A stretch of DNA of 64,000 nucleotides from a virus (lineage: Duplodnaviria; Heunggongvirae; Uroviricota; Caudoviricetes). Location of the stretch: positions 74,096-138,095 of the IMG/VR virus record IMGVR_UViG_3300017917_002560. One strand, given 5' to 3'. Below the pieces are notes generated by a model that was given only the letters and a program-made list of their open reading frames with translations, did no database searches and was not told the origin of the DNA. The translations under genes were made by a program, and so were the position numbers. Positions 58,735 to 64,000 of the stretch are shown piece by piece. Positions within the stretch are counted from its first letter, which is position 1. Each line of letters starts with the position of its first letter.

Positions 58735-58808
58735 TGGCATCCCACCAGGGACTCGAACCCCGACCAACGGTTTTGGAGACCGCTATGCTGCCATTACACC
58801 AGCGAGAT
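58735..58808 (-). tRNA. tRNA-Trp(CCA)
   Basis: Anticodon loop cuccaaa, D arm gugu/aauggca/gcau. Confidence 0.6.
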
Positions 58809-58820
58809 ATTTTGTATATA

Positions 58821-58894
58821 TGGTAGCCAGTACAGGTAACGATCCTGTGTCGCACGATTATCAGTCGTGTGCTCTACCTTTGAGCTAACCGGCT
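58821..58894 (-). tRNA. tRNA-Ile(GAU) with unusual T loop AUCGUUA
   Basis: Perfect anticodon stem cacga/tcgtg, loop cugauaa. Confidence 0.6.
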
Positions 58895-58930
58895 ATGAAT
58901 TTTTGTGCAAGTTTTTAAAGAACAGCTTGT

Positions 58931-58959
58931 ATTATACAAGAATGTTGCTTTATGGTCAA
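58931..58959 (-). promoter_or_regulatory. Early sigma70-like promoter TTGACC-17-TATAAT driving tRNA-Ile block
   Basis: TTGACCataaagcaacattcttgTATAATac. Confidence 0.55.
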
Positions 58960-58962
58960 GCT

Positions 58963-59037
58963 TGGTGGTAAAGGTGAGATTCGAACTCACACCGGGCACC
59001 GTATGAAGGTGTTGCACAACCATTATGCTACTTTACC
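58963..59037 (-). tRNA. tRNA-Met or Ile2 (CAU), second elongator-type copy
   Basis: Anticodon loop uucauac, perfect acceptor ggtaaag/ctttacc. Confidence 0.55.
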
Positions 59038-59160
59038 ATATAAAAACATTTTCAATTTCAGTTCAATGCTGGCACAAAGAACCTTTCGCCACTGCCAGGT
59101 GACCGAAGAGATTACTCGCTCTAATTGCGAGGTCTGTCCGTCAAAAATGTTTTTATATGG
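59036..59160. repeat. 17-bp perfect inverted repeat (ccatataaaaacatttt / aaaatgtttttatatgg) enclosing a 91-nt hairpin-rich spacer between two tRNAs
   Basis: Arms 59036-59052 and 59144-59160; right arm includes CCA of tRNA-Lys, left arm abuts 5' end of tRNA(CAU). Confidence 0.7.
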
Positions 59161-59235
59161 TAGGAGCACTGGGATTCGAACCCAGACCTGGCGGATTAAA
59201 AGTCCGCTGTGCTAAACCGTTGACACTATACTCCC
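59158..59235 (-). tRNA. tRNA-Lys(UUU)
   Basis: Perfect anticodon stem gcgga/tccgc, loop cuuuuaa. Confidence 0.65.
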
Positions 59236-59365
59236 GTTTGTCTTTCATCTTACTATCGCGTCTTAGAGCTTTGTTGCTCTTGCGGTGCGAGCCCGCCTTC
59301 CGTTTGCTTGCCAGTACGGCAAATATGTTACGAGGTTTCACTTCGTTTCTCCTTAAAAAATAAAT

Positions 59366-59444
59366 TGGTCCGAGTAGAAGGATTCGAACCTTCGATCTCC
59401 TGCTCCCAAAGCAGGCGGATTAAACCAGACTTTCCTACACTCGG
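59366..59444 (-). tRNA. tRNA-Pro(UGG)
   Basis: Perfect anticodon stem cctgc/gcagg, loop uuuggga. Confidence 0.6.
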
Positions 59445-59450
59445 ATATTA

Positions 59451-59525
59451 TGGTGGACCGTACCGGGATCGAACCGGTCCTTAAGGCTTGCAAAGCCCTC
59501 GTGCCCCCAACAACACTTACAGCCC
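59451..59525 (-). tRNA. tRNA-Ala(UGC)
   Basis: Anticodon loop uuugcaa; G3:U70 wobble present. Confidence 0.65.
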
Positions 59526-59540
59526 ATAATACTAACTAAC

Positions 59541-59615
59541 TGGCCCGGCGTAAGGGAATCGAACCCCTATTCGCACTTTAGAAGAATGCTGTCCTATCCA
59601 TTGAACGAACGCCAG
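59541..59615 (-). tRNA. tRNA-Arg(UCU)
   Basis: Anticodon loop cuucuaa. Confidence 0.55.
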
Positions 59616-59622
59616 AATAACT

Positions 59623-59698
59623 TGGGGTGTCCAACCGGTATCGATCCGGTACTACCGCTTTCACAGAGCAGTGTGCAGGCCACTACACTATGGACACC
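59623..59698 (-). tRNA. tRNA-His(GUG) with encoded G-1 and C73
   Basis: Anticodon loop cugugaa; extra 5' G opposite C73; T loop AUCGAUA. Confidence 0.65.
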
Positions 59699-59867
59699 AT
59701 TGATAAATTTGAGTAAATGCTACAGGATTCGAACCTGTACCTGCGTCCGCCTTCGCCGCTTACTAAGTCTGCAAACTTTTCGTCGGGTACTACCTTCTGC
59801 TGTGCTTGCCAGTACACCACGCAACCTGTCATAGTTCATTGCAGTGCCCTATGAGCAGTCTCAAAAT

Positions 59868-59943
59868 TGGCATCCCCACCAGGAGTCGAACCTGGGACTA
59901 GACCTTCGCAGGGTCTAATGATTTCCTATTTCACCACAGGGAT
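59868..59943 (-). tRNA. tRNA-Arg(GCG)
   Basis: Perfect anticodon stem agacc/ggtct, loop cugcgaa. Confidence 0.5.
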
Positions 59944-59950
59944 ATAAACT

Positions 59951-60027
59951 TGGCCGGCCCTGAGGGATTCGAACCCCCAACAATCAGTTTCGAAGACTGA
60001 TAGTCTATCCAATTGACGTAAAGGCCG
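59951..60027 (-). tRNA. tRNA-Arg(UCG)
   Basis: Perfect anticodon stem tcagt/actga, loop cuucgaa. Confidence 0.55.
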
Positions 60028-60087
60028 AATTGTTATAAGGTGCTCGTGTTGGCGCTTGAATCCGCGATAGCCCCTCTCTTCACGGCT

Positions 60088-60900
60088 GGTCCTTGCGCTG
60101 TCTAGAATTGGCAAGTATTTCAGTTGTTCCGCTGTAGCTACTACACAAGCAAAATTACTATTCTGAAACACACTATGCCACGCTTTGAACCTGGACTCTT
60201 AGTAATGTGTTTTAGAATAGTGCTAACGCTGAGATTACACGTTAGCCATAAGCACCTCTAGCATTATAGTCCGCCTTGCGAGCAAACCTTCTCTAGACAT
60301 CCACATAAGCCCTTGCGGTACCTACGTCTGCTTACAGCATCGCCGTTTTTAAAGACAGGCAGTAGTCTTGTCGCCATATGCTATTCTACGCTATCTACTC
60401 CGTTGACCTTGCGAGCCATTCACAGTCGCTAAACCGTTACGAAACTTCCAGCATAAACCAATTTCACCTTGCGAGCTACGTTGGACTTGATTCACTTGCG
60501 TGTCAAGTATTAGATGCTTTTCACATATGACCGAGTCAGTCTTTGCATTTTATTGTTAGAAGGAGTCGAACCTTCAGTCTATTCTTTAACAGAGAATTGG
60601 CCTACCATTAGCCTATAACGAACCTACTGCGATGTGCTGACTCAGTTGCCGCATACTCTTTTGGAATACACGATACAACACACCACGTACCTTTTGCCTC
60701 GCGAGCTACTCAGTAGTCTTTCGCGACCAATGTAACAACGTTTCGCAACGTGTCCCATCAACCACTAAAACTGCATACAAGCCCTTGGGAGCGACCCCTC
60801 GGACACGTACACTACCCTTTCTCATACCAGTTGACTGATTGGTTTGTATGGAAGTCAGCACCACCTGTTACTTTTCATTGCCCCGTGTTCCTTGCGGCAC
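60088..60900. repeat. Dispersed copies (>=8) of CCTTGCGAGC-like motif in ~1.1-kb noncoding stretch
   Basis: Copies at ~60090, 60274, 60311, 60415, 60475, 60697 (palindromic CCTCGCGAGC), 60783, 60890; irregular spacing. Confidence 0.55.
60551..60622 (-). tRNA. tRNA-Asn(GUU)-like, probable pseudogene (two acceptor mismatches, no CCA)
   Basis: Good T arm, anticodon arm attct/ttaacag/agaat, D arm; acceptor 5/7. Confidence 0.35.
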
Positions 60901-61276
60901 GTCGAACAATGTTCTTTCCTCATACATCAGCTTCGCTGTTACATCCACCGGTCTTATCAGTGAACGCTACCTCACGGTAGTGAGCAGGCTTGTCTAAACA
61001 GACCATTACTGGCGGAGTTATGTAGGCATACCTCCTTTGGCTGTGTCACCACAGTTATCTTTCATACACGGCAAGCCGTGTATAGGATGTTAAACCACCC
61101 TTGAAATCTTTTGTCTAATAGACATACTACTGCACACTCACAGGAATCGAACCTGCCAACCACACCAATGGGCGAAGCTGTTTCCGCAACATCGGCCTGC
61201 GCATTTAGCCTTTGTGTGCATGAGTATATCTACTATTTTTTAAAGAACGCTTTAGTTAATTTCTAACTAAGCATGT

Positions 61277-61305
61277 ATTGTAGCATCACATGAATAATGT
61301 GTCAA
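61277..61305 (-). promoter_or_regulatory. Early sigma70 consensus promoter TTGACA-17-TACAAT at head of tRNA/noncoding block
   Basis: gtggTTGACAcattattcatgtgatgcTACAATac. Confidence 0.55.
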
Positions 61306-61306
61306 C

Positions 61307-61382
61307 CACAAAGACCTGGTACACCGTATGGGAATCGAACCCATCTTACCAACGTGAAAGGCTGGTGTCCTAAACCGATAGA
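61307..61382 (-). tRNA. tRNA-Glu(UUC)
   Basis: Anticodon loop cuuucac. Confidence 0.55.
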
Positions 61383-61559
61383 CGAACGGTGCATTGTATA
61401 GGTTTTTGAGAGCCTAACTATCCTCCTGGGAGGACTCGCTAGATTGTCTCGAATAGTCAAGTTTAACCAACCGACTTCAGTCATACTGTAGTGTCAACAC
61501 AGTCAACCCCACTGTGCCTAGACTGGCAGGGACTCTAAACTATCGTCTATCTCAAAACT

Positions 61560-61636
61560 TGGAGCACAGGGTGGGACTCAAACCCACGAATCAACGGATT
61601 TGCAATCCGCGCCATTAGTCGCTCTGGTACCTGTGC
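61560..61636 (-). tRNA. tRNA-Cys(GCA)
   Basis: Anticodon loop uugcaaa, U73, perfect acceptor; T loop UUUGAGU (U56). Confidence 0.55.
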
Positions 61637-61642
61637 ATTGAC

Positions 61643-61717
61643 TGGAGCAGGATATCGGGTTCGAACCGATGACATTCTCGTTGGCAACGAGACATTCTAC
61701 CACTGAATTAATCCTGC
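61643..61717 (-). tRNA. tRNA-Gly(GCC)
   Basis: Perfect anticodon stem tctcg/cgaga, loop uugccaa, U73, perfect acceptor. Confidence 0.65.
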
Positions 61718-61775
61718 AAATTTTAAAAAGCCTAGGGACTCAAGTCACGTCAGGAGTGGGTATAGGCTATATTAG

Positions 61776-61850
61776 TGGTGCCCCGGGGGTGAATCGAACA
61801 CCCGACCTCGGATTACAAAACCGATGTTTTACCACTAGAACTAACGGGGC
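61776..61850 (-). tRNA. tRNA-Thr(UGU)
   Basis: Anticodon loop uuuguaa. Confidence 0.55.
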
Positions 61851-61859
61851 AAATTAACT

Positions 61860-61949
61860 TGGCCGAGAGTCAGGGAGTCGAACCCTGTCACCGTGTTTCC
61901 ACGATGTACGGATTAGCAATCCGCTGCCTTACCATCCGGCCCACTCTCG
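61860..61949 (-). tRNA. tRNA-Ser(GCU), class II
   Basis: Anticodon loop uugcuaa, G73, 20-nt variable arm with cgug/cacg stem, 3-bp D stem. Confidence 0.65.
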
Positions 61950-61956
61950 AAAGTCT

Positions 61957-61985
61957 ATTATATATGTTAGTTGAACAAGTGTCAA
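61957..61985 (-). promoter_or_regulatory. Early sigma70 consensus promoter TTGACA-17-TATAAT immediately upstream of tRNA-Ser(GCU)
   Basis: TTGACActtgttcaactaacataTATAATag. Confidence 0.55.
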
Positions 61986-61994
61986 CAATAAAAT

Positions 61995-62086
61995 TGGTGG
62001 AAGCGGTGAGATTCGAACTCACGGACCCATTTCTGAGCCGACAGTTTTCAAGACTGTTGCAATAAACCGGACTCTGCCACACTTCC
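61995..62086 (-). tRNA. tRNA-Ser(UGA), class II
   Basis: Perfect anticodon stem acagt/actgt, loop cuugaaa, 18-nt variable arm. Confidence 0.55.
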
Positions 62087-62092
62087 ATATCT

Positions 62093-62168
62093 TGGTCGGG
62101 CATCCTGGAGTCGAACCAGGTTCTCTCGGCTTAAGAGGCCGGACTTCACCACGCAAAGTTTATCCCCG
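62093..62168 (-). tRNA. tRNA-Lys(CUU)
   Basis: Anticodon loop cucuuaa; 4-bp anticodon stem. Confidence 0.5.
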
Positions 62169-62173
62169 AAATT

Positions 62174-62248
62174 TGGTGGAGACCGAGGGAGTTGAACCCT
62201 TCTAGACATTGTGCCTGCCAGGCGCAACCGTAGCCCGCTACTGCCCCC
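62174..62248 (-). tRNA. tRNA-Ala(GGC)-like, aberrant fold (possible pseudogene)
   Basis: T arm and G3:U70 acceptor present, anticodon loop cuggcag, but D arm/variable region do not fold canonically. Confidence 0.35.
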
Positions 62249-62332
62249 ATTAATGAAGCGTACTAGACTGGATCGCCCATCACCTAGTCCAGACGGTGTA
62301 CGTATATGCGAATTAGTACGCTTCATTAATGG
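62247..62332. repeat. 19-bp perfect inverted repeat (ccattaatgaagcgtacta / tagtacgcttcattaatgg) enclosing a 48-nt hairpin-forming core between two tRNA-like genes
   Basis: Arms 62247-62265 and 62314-62332; right arm contains CCA of downstream tRNA-like gene; inner gactgga/tccagac sub-hairpin. Confidence 0.7.
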
Positions 62333-62408
62333 CTCCGAGTATGAGAATCGAACTCATCTAACCATTGATTAACAGTCAAGCCCATGCACCTTGCTCGGGT
62401 TTCTCGGA
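62330..62408 (-). tRNA. tRNA-like gene with Asn-type loop (cuguuaa), degenerate D arm and acceptor
   Basis: Perfect T arm atgag/aatcgaa/ctcat; other arms poor. Confidence 0.3.
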
Positions 62409-62416
62409 ATAGAAAT

Positions 62417-62491
62417 TGGCATCCTGCACGGGTATCGATCCCGTTCCTTCACCTTGAAAGGGTGATGATCTAGCCAGTAATCTAGCAGGAT
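62417..62491 (-). tRNA. tRNA-Glu(UUC), second copy, T loop AUCGAUA
   Basis: Perfect anticodon stem tcacc/ggtga, loop cuuucaa, perfect acceptor. Confidence 0.55.
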
Positions 62492-62497
62492 AAAAAT

Positions 62498-62571
62498 TGG
62501 CACCGGTACCAGGGCTCGAACCTAGAACGACTGAGTCAAAGTCAGTTGTGTTACCATTACACCATACCGGA
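62498..62571 (-). tRNA. tRNA-Gln(UUG)
   Basis: Perfect anticodon stem actga/tcagt, loop cuuugac; 1-72 mismatch as in bacterial tRNA-Gln. Confidence 0.6.
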
Positions 62572-62799
62572 ACAGAAATGAATTTGAGAGTTGTGCCACC
62601 ATCGTTATTGGCACCATTCACCTATTTGCATAAAGCCCGGGCTAGGACTCGGTACGTTACTTGAGATTCATCCAGCCTGTGTGCCATCAGACACCCTGAT
62701 CTTCCGATCAGTCGGGCCTCGAACCCGCGACCTTTTACTATATCAGTAGTTCGAACATACCTTTATAGCGTGATTTCACTTGCTAACACTCTCAAAACT

Positions 62800-62889
62800 T
62801 GGTGGATGCGGTAGGAGTTGAACCTACACAGTCTTATTTGTATGCGGGCGGGTTACAGCCGCTTGAGCTCGCCAATGCTCAGCACATCC
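62800..62889 (-). tRNA. tRNA-Tyr(GUA), class II
   Basis: Anticodon loop cuguaac, long variable arm, D stem gagc/gctc. Confidence 0.6.
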
Positions 62890-62894
62890 ATGTT

Positions 62895-62968
62895 TGGTGC
62901 CCCATGACAGAATCGAACTGCCGTACCCGGATTACAAAACCGGTGTAATACCATTATACTAATAGGGC
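62895..62968 (-). tRNA. tRNA-Thr(UGU), second copy
   Basis: Anticodon arm ccgga/ttacaaa/accgg. Confidence 0.55.
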
Positions 62969-62973
62969 ATGTT

Positions 62974-63058
62974 TGGTGCTCCGAGCCAGAATCGAACTGG
63001 CACGCCCGAGGGCGAGAGATTTTAAGTCTCTTGTGTCTACCTATTCCACCATCGGAGC
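62974..63058 (-). tRNA. tRNA-Leu(UAA), class II
   Basis: Perfect anticodon stem agaga/tctct, loop cuuaaaa; 13-nt variable arm cgccc-ucg-gggcg; perfect acceptor. Confidence 0.65.
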
Positions 63059-63065
63059 AAAAACT

Positions 63066-63140
63066 TGGCGACTCGTGGGAGAATCGAACTCCCGTCTCCG
63101 GATAGACAATCCGGGATAATGACCATTATATGAACGAGCC
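63066..63140 (-). tRNA. tRNA with anticodon GUC (Asp-type) but unusual U37
   Basis: Perfect anticodon stem ccgga/tccgg, loop uugucua. Confidence 0.45.
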
Positions 63141-63146
63141 TAAACT

Positions 63147-63223
63147 TGGCGCACCGTAGGGGACTTGAACCCCTGGCCTCATGCGTGACAGGCATGCGAT
63201 CTAACCAACTGATCTAACGGTGC
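63147..63223 (-). tRNA. tRNA-Asp(GUC)
   Basis: Perfect anticodon stem catgc/gcatg, canonical loop cugucac, perfect acceptor. Confidence 0.65.
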
Positions 63224-63809
63224 GTAATCTTCCTTTGACCCAACCATCTGGCATAGGGTCAGTTTGTTTAATCTTGCGTTCGTGTGTGTTATTATTGATC
63301 CACATCGAACCTAAATTTACTTGCTTTGCTCGATTAGAAAGTTCTTGCTGTAAAACAGAATCTTTGAATACGCTAACTCTGCCATTTGCGTATTGCTGTT
63401 TGTTTAGAGCAGATTTTCTCTCCGATTCGGCATTGCGAAATTCTTCGTCGTTTTCAAGTCGGGATGCGTATGTTTGGCCGCCTTTGAGGTATTGCTTGGC
63501 TTTGTTGTTTTGTCCTGTTTTGTTTAGGTAATCAAAACCGCCTGAGCCACCGCGACGCAAATTATACACATCATCACGCGATAAAAAGTCTTCGGTTACA
63601 ACTTCTTTTTCACGCTTGAACATTTCATCGCTATTCTCAAAAATTTCAAGAATAGTCTTCTCAAAGTTTTCAATGCCATGCTTGTTGATAGCGGCACGTA
63701 TTACTTTACCTGAACCCATGTAACCATCATTCATGTCAGATGTTTTATGAACTCCGACATAAATTTTGCCATTCACTTTGTTTTTGATTTGATACATGTA
63801 GTAAAACAT
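63201..63809 (-). CDS. GIY-YIG homing endonuclease
   Basis: N-terminal YMYQIKNKVNGKIYVGVH...YMGSG GIY-YIG motifs; 3' end overlaps 5' part of tRNA-Asp by ~23 nt. Confidence 0.7.
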   Translation of the reverse strand: MFYYMYQIKNKVNGKIYVGVHKTSDMNDGYMGSGKVIRAAINKHGIENFEKTILEIFENSDEMFKREKEVVTEDFLSRDDVYNLRRGGSGGFDYLNKTGQNNKAKQYLKGGQTYASRLENDEEFRNAESERKSALNKQQYANGRVSVFKDSVLQQELSNRAKQVNLGSMWINNNTHERKIKQTDPMPDGWVKGRLRTVRSVG

Positions 63810-63885
63810 TTTGTTCTCCTACATTTATTTATCAAATGTGCGGCGTATATGGGTAATAGGCTGATGTGCGTCCATGAACACTTTG

Positions 63886-63969
63886 AGACCAAATTGGTGT
63901 ACGTTACGGGATTCGAACCCGCACCTCAAGGTTTTTAGGCCCTGCGTCGTGATGCCCTAACATTTTGAC
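63886..63969 (-). tRNA. tRNA-like gene (G3:U70 acceptor, class II length), isotype unresolved
   Basis: T arm acggg/attcgaa/cccgc and acceptor pair; interior not folded confidently; a further tRNA 3' end appears to begin at 63976 and runs off the window. Confidence 0.35.
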
Positions 63970-64000
63970 CAAACGCACATAATTGGTGGAGTGTAGCAGA

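Noticed and set aside
53459-59363. ORF-track hits inside the tRNA island (53459..53938, 53896..54156, 54561..54746, 57756..57989, 57990..58217, 58952..59215, 59153..59341, 62376..62621 and similar)
   Set aside because: They run through hand-folded tRNA genes on the same DNA and lack RBS or consistent starts, so they are read-through frames of tRNA-rich sequence. 59153..59341 has a GTG with a good SD but overlaps tRNA-Lys entirely and is left unannotated.
59714-59867. Group I intron or insertion splitting a tRNA (T arm at 59722-59738 without a 5' half)
   Set aside because: Only ~130 nt separate it from the next tRNA, which is too short for a group I intron. No complementary 5' acceptor strand was found, so it is treated as a tRNA remnant.
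60088-60900. CRISPR array from repeated CCTTGCGAGC
   Set aside because: Copies are 10 bp, irregularly spaced (37-220 bp), partially degenerate and lack regular spacers.

Overview
This window reads as a slice of a large T4-like myovirus genome. There is probably some uncertainty about which T4-like lineage, and a large-genome cyanophage or marine relative fits best. The evidence is a TATAAATA late-promoter box in front of a structural gene at 5165, at least 16 near-consensus sigma70-type early promoters on the minus strand, thyX, a MoxR-VWA pair, and a very large tRNA island with a PTH2 hydrolase and a GIY-YIG endonuclease.

The window has four parts, all working hypotheses from sequence alone:

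- **Structural module, 1-8000 (+ strand):** late tail-fibre and baseplate-like genes. This includes a 1459-aa protein that is 5'-truncated at the window edge, and a 599-aa fibre with GNxTGGN repeats.
- **Sugar/modification island, 8300-33600:** ~25 kb. It holds two DxD putative glycosyltransferases, five divergent radical-SAM paralogues interleaved with five GT10 fucosyltransferase-like paralogues, a NodU/CmcH carbamoyltransferase, an amidinotransferase, a 1005-aa repeat protein and an epimerase/aminotransferase/oxidoreductase trio. This is the best candidate for an undescribed system.
- **Early-gene block, 33600-53280 (- strand):** ThyX, MoxR plus VWA-metallopeptidase, SAH hydrolase, peroxiredoxin, an AhpD-like protein, a dual-specificity phosphatase, a family of small WFxLKW proteins, and a B12-radical-SAM gene that looks frameshifted.
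- **tRNA island, 53297-64000 (- strand):** about 38 tRNAs, most with an encoded CCA. It includes an initiator, three CAU species, several class II tRNAs, and duplicates. Also present are decayed tRNA-like remnants and a class I-shaped tRNA with a Leu-type GAG anticodon. Two perfect 17-19 bp inverted repeats bridge neighbouring tRNAs. A ~1.1 kb noncoding stretch carries a repeated CCTTGCGAGC motif, and PTH2 and ArfB-like translation-rescue genes sit inside the island.

Method note: tRNA boundaries and anticodons were folded by hand and isotypes are provisional.
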